The translations under genes and the position numbers were made by a program. Below the pieces are notes generated by a model. The model worked only from the letters and a program-made list of their open reading frames with translations, was not told the origin of the DNA and ran no database searches. A stretch of 64,000 nt of DNA. Source: Scyliorhinus canicula. Taxonomy: Eukaryota. Position 1 is the first letter of the stretch. The number at the start of each line of letters is the position of its first letter. This document shows positions 12,733 through 26,620 of the stretch, piece after piece. The stretch is taken from the NCBI RefSeq assembly GCF_902713615.1, contig NC_052148.1:222178263-222242262 (forward strand), read 5' to 3'.

Positions 12733-13039
12733 CTATTTAAGTTGCAGAAAGTAACAGCAGGAAATTCAATTTGCTCAACATACTTAATAGTGACAGATGT
12801 AGATGTTGGCCAGCTGAAGTAACGAATGAAGCACTGGGTGATCTGAGAACAAACCCCGATTACACATCCAAGGACGACAACCATCCAGAAAACCCTGCGA
12901 GGTGTAGGTTTGCTTTGCAGTGCATTTCGTAATCCATGGAAAGAGGTTGATGCTGCAAACTCATGGTCAAAGTGTCGTACGTTCTCCATGGACAGCAATA
13001 TTTTTCCGAATAAAAAAGACCAAATCTTTTTTAATATGC
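12733..13039 (-). CDS. ASIC5: acid-sensing ion channel 5 (BASIC), coding exon 2
   Basis: GILKKIW...FDHEFAASTSFHGLRN...RRVFWMVVVLG (TM1)...YFSWPTSTSV...EFPAVTFCNLNR: DEG/ENaC HG gating motif, TM1 and FPAVTFCN signature, closest to ASIC5. Polypyrimidine tract plus AG at 13040-13041, GTATGG donor at 12732. 307 bp. Confidence 0.95.
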
Positions 13040-13430
13040 CTAAAAAAAATTTCAAACAAGAGGTAACAGTCATTGATTTTTTTCAACTTTGAGCGTTTTG
13101 TTGCTAAGAGTAAAGGGAAAGTTTTCAAATTTAAACCAATTGTCCAAATTGCATTGAGCTTACCTCTGGTTGCACAAATGCTGCAATTGTCTTTAATAAT
13201 GTAGGTGCAAACATTTGGAAATATATTTTTAGTCAGGTTTCTCTATCTCTGACGTCAAACCTGACCCAGACTGAGGGGATAAAAGTTTGTTGACTACCTG
13301 GTTCCTGATAAAATTAGCTTGGTTTGTCTCACTTATTATGTCAGATTTCCAGCGCCCATCATATTTTGTTTTTATTATTCTGTGATGCCAATGTAAAGAG
13401 AGCATTTCATTTCACAGCTGGCTATGTTAT

Positions 13431-13604
13431 ATGAAAATCGCTTATTATCATAAGTAGGCTTCAAATGAAGTTACTGTGAAAGGCCCCTAGTTGCCACATT
13501 CCGGCACCTGTTCGGGGAGACTGGTACGGGAATTGAACTGTGCTGCTGGCCTGCCTTGGTCTGCTTTCAAAGCCAGCGATTTAGCCCTGTGCTAAACCAG
13601 CCCC
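13431..13604 (-). mobile_element. tRNA-derived SINE (third family, GGGGCTGGTTTAGC head)
   Basis: Near-identical to copies at 18378-18558, 21627-21823 and 55300-55476. Tail GGAATGTGGCGACTAGGGGCTTTTCACAGTAACTTCATT..GACAATAAG(ATTTTC)n. Confidence 0.8.
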
Positions 13605-13668
13605 TATTTGATGCTGAATGAAACAAAATGTTCCATTCCTTCGCATTGACATCCCTCATTTTGGTTAG

Positions 13669-14627
13669 TGTAGCCACCGAAGTAGTGTAGCTATTTCCCT
13701 AAATACAAAATGGAGGAACGCAAAGCATACAGGATAAAATGGACAATGTTTGCAGCCCCAGTAGGCTGCACCTAGCAGGTGTGGATTCTGTCTGCTAAGA
13801 AAGCAGACAGCACCGAAACGAACATTCCGCATACTAATGAGGCAATCACCGGGATAATTAGCATTTTAATGGAACGATTCCCGAGTCAATGGACACAATT
13901 GGGGAAGCAACTGCAACATTGTAAAGGATACCAGACACTCAGGCACCAGCAAGGTTCGAAAACAAAGAGCCTAAAGGCCCGCCCAGTAGCTAAGAAACAG
14001 CCTCAGTATTGGGGGGATTCAAACATATCGATTGGGAAGAGACCCAATCGATTCCAAGCAGGTAAGGGAGTCCGCCCAAAGGGGCGCGGATCCCTGGGAC
14101 CTATAAAAGACAGGTCCCACACATGGTTCATTCTTCTTGTCCAACCCTCCTCTCTCTTTGACCAACACTCCTCCGTGGACCAGCACCTCGACCCGCTTTT
14201 GCCAAGAAGATCTTGAACGAGAGAGAGGAGAGGGTTCAGACAGCAGCCACCAGCAAGTAAATGCCTCACAACGATCGCTACCAGAGATAGGCACTCCTGA
14301 CCCCTTTTAACTTATACCAACCTGAAGTCTGCAGACCAGAGCAGAGCAAGAGGCCTTGTTCCCTGACCCGGCAGTTCCTTCGAGATAAGTATTAGTTTAT
14401 TTAGCGGTAGGAATAAGTTTAATCCTTTAGCGTGTGCATGGGTAGTTATTATAATTGTATTATAATAAACTCAGTTGTTTGGACTTACTAATTGGTGTAT
14501 GGTTTTATTGCTTTGAACTTCACCTTGACCTTGTGGCGGTGTCTTAACGATACCTGGCGACTCCAGAGCTAAGTAAAGAAACAGAGCCAAATTGAGTGTT
14601 AAGCACACTCACCCAGAACGACCAACA
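13669..14627 (+). mobile_element. solo LTR (ERV/Gypsy-like, 959 bp) in ASIC5 intron 1
   Basis: TGTAGCC...CCAACA termini, perfect 4-bp TSD TTAG on both sides, TATA box CCTATAAAA near 14100 and AATAAA near 14465. Confidence 0.85.
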
Positions 14628-15389
14628 TTAGACAACGGTTACCATTAGAAGTATTACTGTATGTACATGTCATCCATCCATTTTACAAATGTTGTGATAA
14701 ATTTGCATACTTTGTTTTCTTCTCCATGTTACGACGTGACCCTTTTCCCTAAAATCAATCCTACCTACACATGTGCAAAAATATCACCAAAATTAGAATA
14801 TACTCAGCCATATATTAATGACAGCAAATTCTATTAGAGTCTAATTCATTGGATTGCCTTCTGATTATTGTTTCGCAGGTGCTATCAAGATTCTCAATTT
14901 GATTCCGGTCACAAGTTATGAGGAAGTTATTGAAAGATTAATCACTAAGTGATAATTCTAATATCATAGTTTTGCAACCGGTCATTAACTGCCATTAAGC
15001 ACAAAATGTGGACAAAACAAAAGAACTAGGCTCCAAAACTGGGTTGAGGAGCACCCATATTTTGGCTTCAGTTTGGGTTCAGTGTGCTGGGCTCCCTTTT
15101 GATAAGAATACAAGTCTGCGTGCAGGAGTGATTAGTGTGGTGGGAGTAAGGAAAATTGTTCCATAAAATGGCAATTGATGCCTAATCTGGAATTAAAAAG
15201 CAAGCCTCCATGATGATGTCATTGAATGTTATAAAAACCCATCTAATTCACTAATGTCCTTACCTGGCCTAGCTTACATGTAACCTCAGAAACACAACAA
15301 TGTGGTTTACCTGCTCTCTGAAATGGTCTAGAAGCCATTCATTTATATCAAAACAGCTACAAAATCTGAAAGGAATGAGTCCAGAAGGC

Positions 15390-18130
15390 TGTAATGTGTC
15401 TAATCGGAAGATTAAATATTATTCTTCCAGTTTCCATTGAGCATCACGGGAGCATTGCAGCAGGTCAAGAACTGACATGTGGACATGAGAGGTTCTGAGT
15501 TAAAATGGCAAGCGACAGGAAGGCTGGGGCCATGCTTGCGAACTGAGTGAAGGTGTTCTGCAAAGCAGTCACCCAGTCAACGTTTAACCTCCTCAATGTA
15601 GGGGAGAATGCATTGGGAGCAGTGAATACAATCGACTAAATTGAAGGAGATGCAGGTGAAACACTGCTTAACCTGAAAGGAGTGTTTGGCATCTTGAACA
15701 GTGAGGATGCAGAATGTAAAGGGGCAGATGTTGCACCCTCTGTGATCGCATGGGAAGGTGCCATGGGAAGGGGATGAAGGAGTTGGAGGCAATGAAGGAG
15801 TGGACTAGGGTGTCATGGGGCAGAATTTTGACAGGGAGGTGAGGGGAAGATATAGTTAATGGTGGCAACATGCTGGAGTTAGTGGAAATGGTCCTTTGAA
15901 TGCGGAAGCTAGTAGGTCCTGGGTGGAGAAGAAGGGGTGAGGGCAGAGGTCGGGGGGATGGGTCAGACACATTTTCTGGTCCTGTCAACCATAGGAGGGG
16001 GAAGCCATGGTTGAGGAAAAAGGGCAGATATGTCAGAAGCTCTGCTTTCGAAGGTGGTCTTTTCGGAAGAGATGCGGCGGAGGCAGAGAAATTGGGAGGA
16101 AGGGATGGAGCCTTCCAGGAAGCATGATTGAGGAGACATGGTCAAGGTTGCTGTCAGAGTTGATGTCTTTTTTTAATGAATATTGATGGTCAGTCTACCA
16201 CCAACAATGGAAACAGGTCAAGGAAGGAAAGGGAAGTGTCAGAAATGGACCATGTGAAGGTGAGGGGGTGGAAATTGGAAGCTAGTTCGATACATTTATC
16301 CAGTTCTAGATGAGAGCATGAATTGGCACTGATATGGTCATTGATATAATGGAGAAAGAGTTGTGGGAGAACGCTTGAATAGGACTAAAACAAGGAATAC
16401 TCCACATACCCAGCAAAAAAACAGGCATAACTGGGGCCCATGTGGGTACCCCTAGCCACACCTTTTATTTGCAAGTAATGAGATACGTTAAAGGAGAAAT
16501 TGTTGAGTGAGAGAATAAGTTCAGCTAGGTGGAGGAGAGTAGTGGTAAACAGAGGGTCTCTTCTCAAGGAAGAAGTGGAGAATTCTGAAATCCTCCAGGT
16601 GGGGAATGGAGGTGTAGAAGAGATGAAAGATGGAGGTGTAGAGGAATTGGACATCCATTGTGAAGAGGTGGCAGTTAGGGCTGGGAAACTGGAAATTGTT
16701 GATGTGACCTCGGGCATCAGAGGAATCATGAATGTAGGTGGGAAGGGACTGGAAAAGGGGAGTGATAATGGAGTCAAGATAGGAAGAAATGCATTCAGTG
16801 AGGCAGGAATAGGCTGATACGATGATAACGCCGTTTGTGGACTTTGGGAAGGAGGTAGAAGCGGGCTATGGAGGGCTGGGTAATGAGGTTTGACGCTGGA
16901 GAAGTAAGGCTGTGAAAGGGCCAGGAGTTAAGGGAAAGGGGGCACAATGGAAGGCTGAACGGCAAGGAGGTTCAGCAGGATGAGGAACAATGGAAGGCAG
17001 AGGAAAAACTGAGTGGTGGGAAGCTGGAGTCCAACAAGTGTGCATGAAATGCCAACAGACAAAGGGATTAAAGGGATTTCATAATGTTTGCTGATTCTGG
17101 AGTAGGTTGGGGAGGGAGGGAGGATTGTTTATTGTGGCACTTTAGGGATGTTTTGCAGAAGTTGGAGGTGATGTGGTTTGGGAGGGTCACTGTTGTAAGG
17201 GTCAATGTTCTCCTCATTGGAACTATCTGAAGGTTTCCATTTTTGTTCAAGGGTTTGCAGTACGAGTCACAGAGTGCAGGGGTTATGGAAAGGAGTCGCA
17301 GGTGACAGGCAGTCTTGGGGTTATGTGGACCTCACAGTCTGAATTCAGACATAGGCAACAGTGCAGAAGAGCAGCGGTCATGCAGCAGGAGCAGTCATTG
17401 GGAACATTGTGTACTCTCAGCTACATAGAGGGGCAAGGGCTATGCGCTCGACAGGAAAACAAAACACAGCTTAGTGTGCAGGACTGTCTTACACTTGATG
17501 TCCCTGGAGTTGGCAGGCTCTATACTGGGCTGAACAGGGAATGGTAATAGTGACTGAGGGTATCTGCAGCCTGTAGATAGGGAAAAAATAATATGGGGTT
17601 GGGGGGGGTTATGTGAAGCGCTCATGATGTGGGGTGGGGTCACCTCTGTAGGTAACGTTGCACACAGTCTCTAGATGGGACGTGGGCACTTCACATGTGA
17701 TGGACTCCAGGGAAAGGGTAGGAATGTATACCCCAACAATGACGGGATCCAGTGTTGTTGGAGGAGGCTGGAGAATAACAGGAGATAGTTCTAGCTTTGC
17801 ACTGTGAGTCTCGAGGTAAATCAGAGGCACACAGATAGTGAGGGAGGGAGGGTCAAACTCGATCTTGAAGTAAAGCTGCAGCAGCACCATCTTGAGGACC
17901 AAGAGTAATGGTCTCCAGCAAAACGAAAGTAAGATCGGTTCTATCTGGGAGGGGTATGAAAGAGTGTGAGAGTATAATGAAGACCATTATACTGGGCTTC
18001 TTGGGATGCACTGTCACTTGTTGCTGCCATTACAGTGGACAGGATCTAGCTCCTAAGTCAGTTACAAAGGACAGAGAGTTCATTGGCCAGGAAGCAACTG
18101 AAAGCCAATCCTTTCCTTCAGCGCTATTAA
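15390..18130 (-). mobile_element. Penelope-like element remnant (RT + GIY-YIG endonuclease)
   Basis: LILSLNNFSFNVSHYLQIKGVARGTHMGPSYAC (PLE RT) and FTCISFNLVDCIHCSQCILPYIEE (GIY-YIG region). Many stops and frameshifts. Confidence 0.85.
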
Positions 18131-18377
18131 AGGGATAGACAGATCCCACGAGCCTCACACTAAAGTTTTAATATCAACGAAGATAAGTTAGGAATGCAGC
18201 CTTGGTGAAGGCATGCAACAATGAAGGACAGTAAGAAGTCTTACAACACCAGGTTAAAGACCAACAGGTCCAATAGTGAAGGAGGCAGAGCTGCATCATG
18301 TCTGCCATCCCTTCAATGAAGGGCAGTCGCGGGTTCTCAATAAATGCCCTTCATCACTGGCCAAATGGCTTCCACTC

Positions 18378-18558
18378 ATGAAAATGAAATGAAATGAAAA
18401 TCGCTTATTGTCACGAGTAGGCTTCAATGAAGTTACTGTGAAAAGCCCCTAGTCGCCACATTCTGGCGCCTGTCCGGGGAGGCTGGTACGGGAATCGAAC
18501 CGTGCTGCTGGCCTGCTTTAAAAGCCAGCGATTTAGCCCAGTGAGCTAAACCAGCCCC
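18378..18558 (-). mobile_element. third-family tRNA SINE
   Basis: Matches 13431-13604. Confidence 0.85.
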
Positions 18559-19234
18559 ATTGATCATTAGCAACTGAAAGGTCATTGTCATATCACTTCA
18601 CAGACTGGAGCACAGAGCTATCTTGGTTTACGTGCCTCATTTACACCTTATCACTCCGCAGTGCACCCATATGTCGTATTTCCGGAATGGCAGCTTGATC
18701 ACCTCTATATATTTGTTAGCATCTCAGGGGTAAGGTTGCATCAGGTACAATGCAAGCAAGGCACCCTAAGCTGTGGAGCCCCACATCCCACATGGGTCTC
18801 TCAATCAGAGCATCCCTTTCTTCACCTTTTAATCATTCTTGCCTTCAATGTTTCATTTGAGAGAGAAGGCACAAGGACAAATGGATCCAGGGCTCAATGC
18901 TACATTTCTAGAGTCCTCCTTCAATGGAGAGGCAAAGGGTCGAATGGCATTGCTGAGCACAACTCAAGCAGGAGGCACAACCTGAGGGACATGAGCAAGG
19001 TGAGCCTGAGTGTGAACAGACGGGTGAGGAGGAGAGATCCAGACAGCGGAGGTGCTTCACCAGACTGCGGGTCGTTGTCAAAAAGTCTGCTACTTATAAA
19101 TGAATGAGAGGCAGTGTCGGGCACACCAGTTCTTGTTCTGAGACCTCATACATCACATATGCCACATTTGTTGTGAACACCTGACACTCTGTGGAGGTGG
19201 AGGCTTCCCCTTGCCAATGGTCTTTCTAGTGTTC

Positions 19235-19326
19235 ACAGTAAGAGGTCTTACAGCACGAGATAAAAGTCCACCAGGTTTGTTTGGAATCACTAGCTTTCGG
19301 AAGGCAGCTCCTTCGTCGGGTGAGTG
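19235..19326 (-). mobile_element. Penelope pseudo-LTR fragment with a degenerate hammerhead-like core
   Basis: Minus strand reads CCGACGA-AGGAGC..CTTCC-GAAAGC. Related fragment at 18229-18270. Confidence 0.55.
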
Positions 19327-19759
19327 ATCAGGCTTTCCAAGATTTCCAGTGATCAACAGGGGATATGTATGGCATCTCTCAGTCCACAACACATTGCTGC
19401 AGAAAGGAGATCCCCAGTGCCCTCTACAGAAAGGCCCATAACTATGTTTGGTGTTCTGGATGAAGAAGCCAGGCTGAAAATGTAATTGGCTTTGCACCAT
19501 ATCAGGCTTCCCAGGCATACAGGGTGAAATCTACAGCACCCATGTGGCTACAAGGACTCCACAGCAGTCGCGTGTAATATTTATAAACAGCAAAGGGCTA
19601 CCATACCACCAATGTGCAACTAGTGTGTAGCCATCAGAAGCACATCCTGCATCTGCGTGTATGACATCCTGGAAGTTGTCATGTCTCTTGTATCCCGAGT
19701 CACTTCCAGGTGCCTGGGATTTTTGAGGGGCCAGAATGTCTGCATGGATGTTTGCTGAG

Positions 19760-22700
19760 GGGATAAGACGGCTGCACAAACTCCATCGAGTGATGCATCA
19801 CAAGCAAGTTACAACTTTAGCTTGGGATTACAATGAATCAACAGCTCTGACTTCTGTAAAGCTTCTTTTACTTAATTGTATGCATTTTCACATGCCATAT
19901 AAATACATAGCAATGTGTGTAGACTTCAATTGCATTGCAAAATTCGGCACAAATTTATTATAATAATTGATCAATCCTAAAAACGACCTTAATTGTGTCA
20001 CATTTTGAGGACATGGTGCTTCTACAATTGCTAACATTTTCTTTGGTTCTTTGTGAAAACTGTCTTTGTCAATGATTTGACCAAAGTCAATGGATGACTT
20101 GAAAAAGACACACTTATCCTTCTTATCTCCCAGGTTGTGCCTCTGTACCCGTTTCAGCTTAGATTTCAAATTCTCCAAGTATTCCTGTTCACTCGAACCT
20201 TCAATAAGAATGTCAATAAAATACAATTGTATTTCATTCAGCCCACTTAGAATTTTATCTATGGACATTTTAAAAATAGATGGTTAAGATATTATTCCAA
20301 TGGGAAATCTTCTGTAACAAAACAGACCTTGTGTGCTATGATGGTGAGCAGTGACTGTGATTTAGTAGCCACATTCATGTGCAGTGATGCCTATGAAAGA
20401 TCAATTTTACTGAATTTCTGTCCTCACGAAAGTCTAGCAAATATGTTATTAATCAGCTACAGTGGATAATGAATTATGCACAAAATTGGATTAATAATAG
20501 TTTTAAAACTCCAGAAATTCTCATTGAGCTATCCTGCTTTAATACAGGAACGATTGATGTCACCCAATGACTTGTAGCAACAAGTTTAATGACTCCTGTC
20601 CTTACTAATCTCTCTAGTTCTTCTTCAGCTTGAGGCTTGAAGGTGTATGGTACGGTTCTAGCTTTGAGACATTTGGGTGTGCTGCCTGGCTTAATTGTTA
20701 TATGTAGCTCAACCCAGACATACAATCTAGCAAATATTCAAACATCTCATATTTCTTCAGAAGTTGTTGAAGTTGCTCTTTGAATCCACTAATTGATTGA
20801 TTGTTTCTGAGTCAAGCCTAATCTTAGCCAACCATGCTCTGCCAAATGGGGCAGCAAAGATTTCATGTGTAACGTGAAGAAGCAACTTTGCCACCTGTGC
20901 TTCCACTTTAACCATAAAATGCACCCTTTTAATGGTATGACCTCGTCAGTGTCAGTCCTTAGGATTACATTTGACAGTTTACATGACAGATGCCTCAGCT
21001 TTTGATGATAAATTTGCTCAGGTATTAGCAATGCTGCTGTGTTCATATCCACCTCCATTTTCATTATCAGGATCTTCAAGTCTTGGATATGCCCAAAATC
21101 GTTGTTTATTTCTCTGCATTGACAAGACACCGAGATTTAGCTCTTGCTTTACCTCAGTTTTGCTGCCTTTTGAGTGATCATGAACTTCATCCATTAATTG
21201 GCTGGCATGACTAGATTGTTTACTTGTATTCCTCTTGCACCTTCTTGGTGTAGAAAACATTTTCTGAGCCCAACACACTTTGGCAATGTGGCACTTCTTG
21301 CCACAGATCTTGCATGTATTTGATTTACTCCAACATTCCCCACTGAATGTCCAACTTGACTACAATGGTGACATGGTTGCACCTTTGCAGCCTTGTTACT
21401 TGAGGTATCCATTTTGTGGATCTTCGCTCCAGCCCCTATCTGCGAAGCTTATCTTGTAGCAAGCTCCGTAGATGTGGCAACTTACACAGCAGCTTTCAGA
21501 GTTAAATCCTTAAAATAAGCAGCTGTCTCTGAATTACTTCACTGCATAACCCACAAATCAGTCTGTCTCGAAGAGATGATCAAGCATTGTACCAAATTCA
21601 CAATATCTCGGTGGAACCTTTCCTCAGGGGCTGGTTTAGCACAGTGGGCTAAACAGCTGGCTTGTAAAGCAGAACAAGGCCAGCAGCGCAGGTTCAATAC
21701 CCGTACCAGCCTCCCCGAACAGGTGCAGGAATGTGGCGACGAGGGAATTTTCACAGTAACTTCATTTGAAGCCTACTTGTGACAGTAAGCAATTTTTATT
21801 TCATTTTCATTTTTTCATTTTCATATCTGACTAATCTTCTTAAAGACGCTACAAACTGTGAAATACCTTCTTCCTGACCATGGCAGTGGAATTGAAACCT
21901 TTCTGCAATCATTAACAGTTTCAGAGAGAAATGTTCCTCGAAGATTTTCATTAATTTACTGTAGGACGTTTCTCCTAGTTTTGCTGGGTGAACAAGATTC
22001 TGTAACAACATCAACATTTTACGGCCAACTGGGCTGAGAAATATTGCAAACTTTAGGTTCTCAGGTGTTTGATTAGCTATTAAAAATAACTGGAATCTTT
22101 CTTCATATGAATTCTATGTTTCATAATCCTGATCAGATGAGTTCATGGCACTCATTCCTCCTGCCATTTTTGGATCACGTCTCCAAGGGTCTAAATTTCC
22201 TCCCTTCTGACTGTGTTGGAAAGTGTCGTACAAGCAATCCCTAGAATAAGCAACTAGGAAATCTTTCCCTTTTATGCCTGAGTATTTCAATTTTTCTCCC
22301 GAGTATTGGCCCGTGTGGAGTTGGCAGGCTTCAAAATCCCCGTTCCCTGCAGCCCGTGTAGCTTCACCATGTGCGCGGTCTCTGCAGCCCAGGCCCCTCT
22401 CATTTCATACAAGCAATCCTTCTTCGACTGTCGGTCTTCTTACTCACAGTTGCTGTCGAAAGCTTTATTTTTTTCACCTGTCATCTGTGTGAGTGGGGGC
22501 TCAGTCCCAAGAATCTTCCATTGCCCTCGATGCCGTCCCGGTTAGTTGACGAAAACCTTCTTCCCAACAATTTTTCTGCTTCGATCCTCGTTTCTAATTT
22601 TCTATCCTGTTCTATTCTTTGTTGCTGCAAAAGCAAAAGGTACGGCGGTGCCCACAGTCTGGATTCTTATCAAACACGATGAGAAGTGTATTAAGGGTGT

Positions 22701-22770
22701 TGCTCATACAATTAAGATGTTGATTTGCTCAAAGCCCAAACAAATATACTTCTGACATCACTATACATCA
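19760..22770 (-). mobile_element. Gypsy LTR retrotransposon remnant (gag-PR-RT-RH)
   Basis: IAERFQFH (gag); CHHC..GH and C.KCH zinc-knuckle-like segments; MEVDMNTAA (PR); YFIDILIEG (RT); APCPQNVTQLRSFLGLINYYNKFVPN. Confidence 0.85.
21627..21823 (+). mobile_element. third-family tRNA SINE inserted in Gypsy gag
   Basis: Matches 13431-13604. Confidence 0.85.
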
Positions 22771-24689
22771 CGTGACACAGAACCAACAAGAATGTATTCC
22801 CACATACATTACAGTTTCCCATTGTTGTTCTACATGTCTGTTTATCAATATGGTTGCCATTTTATTTTCCCAAGTTCTATTATAGATGCCTCAAAAATCA
22901 GCTTTTCCACAAATTATTTGCTTTAGTTTTTGTTATACTTATGGCCTTCTCTATTGTTATATTATATTATGACCAATATTAAGCAGAGGCTCCAATAAGT
23001 TTACTTCTCTTATCTGCTCTGGTAATTCCTCATCACACGAACCAAGATGGAATCATCCTCTTGCATATTGGGTTGGAAGGTACATGTTGAGGGAACGTGA
23101 TCTCCTTATGCCCTTTAGCTAACTTATCTATCCAATTAATGTCAATTGAAGTGCTCTATGATTATTAATCTATATTTTAATTAATTCCCTAATTCTCAAT
23201 CCACTATTTCTTGTCCAGACCCTTCCCACTATTAGATGGCTTGTAAACTGTACCTAGTCGTGTGATGGATCTTTTATGTTTTATTCATGCAGTTTTCAGT
23301 TTGTATTGCTGACAGCACAGCAACTCTAAACCCCTGATTCCCCTCTCTCTTTTCCTACTAGGGGCTTTTTACAGTAACTTCATTGAAGCCTATTTGTGAC
23401 AATAAGTGATTATTATTATTATTATGTTATACCGTGAAATTCTTCTTTGGTCATGTTTCAGTAATCCCTATCACATCTGATTCTTCCAAGCACATGATTG
23501 CCTGCAGATCGCTGTTTTATTACAGAAATTGTACATTGCTGTACAAGCATGAATAGAATTATTTCCAGTCTATGTAAACATCTTTTTTGAAGGTTTCCAT
23601 TTTTTCGTTCCAGACTGATACAAGTTTCCCCTTTTTCCCACGCCAGCCTTTTAGTCACATGTTATTTTTTCTGATCGGTCTACTTCTATGCCAACTTGCA
23701 CATTTGGATTGGATTTGGGTTTATTGTCACGTGTACCGTGGTACAGTGAAAAGTATTGTTCTGCGTACAGTCCAGACAGATCGTTCCACACATGAAAAAA
23801 CATGGGACATACGACAGAATTACGTTTTAAAAGGTTAGTACGGTTATTAGAGATGTAGGAAGAGGATCTGTGGGAGAGAGCTCACAGAGAGTCACTACGC
23901 TCCAGCGCCATCTTGAGACATTCCAGAGGTCTTGCTTTTTAGAGCCTAATTGCTGATACTCTTTTAGAGGACATCCTCTCTATTCCTATCTATGTAGTTA
24001 AAGCAAGGATAACAAAAACTGGTTTTCCACTTTTTTCTCCAGCTGATATATACCTTCGCCTGCCACTGGGCGGACAACTCACACTTTAGGATTTATGTTC
24101 GTGGCTGCAGAGGATTCTATCTATCCTCTTAATTATAGCATCTCGTATTACAACGATCTTTCTGTTTTAGTCTTCCAACGAGCTCCTGGCAGCCTTCTAA
24201 GCCATGGTAGCTTGGTCTGCATTATGCCTTTACTCCCTATATGTAGTGAGTAGATTGTATCAGTTGGACAGGACCAGTGTCTGCGGGACCTGCTCCCTAA
24301 CCTCCTAAATCCCCAACATCTAGTGTCACATCAGTCACATTCTCCCTTTCCTGAACCTACTATTTTTCCCTGGGATAGTGACTATTGTTGTATTTTTTTG
24401 ATGATATAAAGGTACCAAACACTCATAAGTGATTCTGAAAATACATTGTAGGTTCCTTTATTGAGTTCTGAGCAACTCTTTGATCCCTCAGCGGGTTGCT
24501 ATGTACTTCCTGTGGGATCCTGGACACATAATTATTGTCCCAACTGTAAATTTGGCAATTTTATACCCACATATCAATCACACATATTGGTCACTTTCTC
24601 TTGCAGTTTTAAAAGTTGCTGTCTAGTTCCTGAGAGAATAGAATGAGTAAGAGTAGGTAGATTGGTTCACACTGGTCTGCCAAACATCA

Positions 24690-25680
24690 GTTCAACCAGT
24701 AATGGAATGGTTGCATTTAAAAGGGGCTGTTCCCAAATCTAACACTACAATTTGTATATCTTGCTTACGTTTAAGAATTAGGGACTTTATCATATGAATC
24801 ATTTGCTCAGCTCTGCTGCTAAATCTAAGGCAATAAGGAGAAGTAATTTGATTAATACTCCACTTCTCACACATTCTGAAATGGTTTATCAATTCATTGT
24901 GGATTTGTATCCATAATGATTTCCTAAAGCATGCCAAATAAACTGAAAATAGCACTTAGAGTGTATGTGTGACAATTGTGCTTGACATATTTTGCAATTG
25001 CCGAATAATGGGGTCCCTGGTAAAATAGTTGACAATGATGAGTGCCATGAACATGAATCCGGTTGGATGCAATTTTGGACCAAGGATGGGTAAGAACATC
25101 ATATGGAATGAATGATTCTTAGCGCTGACTTGGCATATGCTCTTGATGTGCCTCACATTGCTTGACAATTACTTCAATGTCTTTTCTCATACCCGTCCAA
25201 CTGTCTCTCTCACAAGTCTTCTCCAAACTATGCCCACGTGTGAGTAGTCATATTGGTAAAGAATATCAGGTTGCAAAGATTCTGGTATGATGACAAGCTG
25301 CCTTTAACACTGATTCCCCAGGAGATTCTAGTTCATCTCAGTAAGGCCAAAATGGTCTCAGGTGTTTGTGGACATTATGAATTGAACCATACCAAACTTC
25401 AATGCTGATTTTCAAAGCTTCTGTGGCATTGAACCTTTTTCTGTTCCTTTGTGTAGCTACTGGCAGTTCTGTTGCACAAAATGTACTGGATCAATGGATG
25501 GACTTGCATTCACCAGCAAGTGTGATGTTGCAGCTCCCTTGAAACTGTCAGTTTTGGCAATATATTCTGGATATTTCAATGTTAGGTCATAAACCAAGGT
25601 AGGCATTGTGATGAATGGAAGAAATTGGTAAATACATATTGCATTTTATATCTGTTGGAATTTTTAAATGTCTGAGTTTA
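24690..25680 (-). mobile_element. degraded Gypsy integrase/RNase H remnant
   Basis: Fragmentary ORFs with integrase-like segments (IHNELINHFRMCEKWSINQITSPY...RAEQMIHMIKSLI). Confidence 0.55.
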
Positions 25681-26294
25681 GCTATATATTGGTTACAATA
25701 ATGTTATCAAGAACCAAGGTTAAAGTCTGGTAAAGCGATTCCGGGACAAGTGAGGGACAAGCAGCGGTGCTGGGTGAAACTCCCGGCACCCATGCCGAAA
25801 ACAGCCGGAAAATGGCCGGGTCCCTAGCCGTGCATGTGCACGGCAGCGACTTGCAGCGGTTGTGCCGTACAACATGGTGGCGGCCGTGTAAGGACCTGAC
25901 CTGCCATCTGCGACCCCCTGGCCACCCCCACCAGTACCTCCAGCCCTCGCGGAAGCCCCCCCCCCGACCTACAGCATAGCTCCCGGCTGAGTGTGGAGGC
26001 ACTGGACACAGTCCGCAGTCGTCATGCCGGTTTCCCAAACACTCAGACCACACGTCGGGAACTCAGGCCATTGGGGCGGAGCATCGCGGCAGGGCCTGCC
26101 GATGACACGCCAACGACGTTGCAACGGCGCACGATGCACAACATGATGATGCCATTTCGGAGGGGGCGGAGTATGGCTGATTGGCGTCAAACCAGCGCCG
26201 GCCCTGATTTGGGCATCAGAGTCAATTCGCCTCCCAATCGCCAATTACGATATCGGTGTCGGGCAACAGAGAAGCTCACCCAAAGTTTTCGGGC

Positions 26295-26620
26295 ATGATA
26301 GAGAGGGGCATAAAAATGATAGGGGTGTAACATTATTTGTTAAAGAATCAATTACAACAGTGAGGGGATATGAAATGCTAAATGAAGTATCAAATGAGGC
26401 CATATGGGTTGCGCTCTGAATTAAAAAAGACGCAGCCACACTTCTAGGACAGTACCATCGACCCCCAGATAGTGCAAGGGAGTTAGAAGAACAAATACGT
26501 TGACAAAGCTCTGAATGCATAAACAATAGGACAGTAATCAATGGGAACTTCAACTACCCCAGTATCAGTTGGGGTGTGAACAGTGTGAAGGCACAGAGGG
26601 TGCAAAATTCTTGAACTGCA
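26295..26620 (+). mobile_element. CR1 endonuclease fragment
   Basis: GVTLFVKESI, TLLGQYHRPP and VI.GNFNYP.I.W motifs of the APE endonuclease. Confidence 0.65.

Noticed and set aside
13164-13214. ATG...GAG|GTAAGC mini-exon just upstream of ASIC5 exon 2
   Set aside because: 51 nt (phase 0) would be out of frame with the phase-1 start of exon 2. The exon at 27216-27246 fits better.
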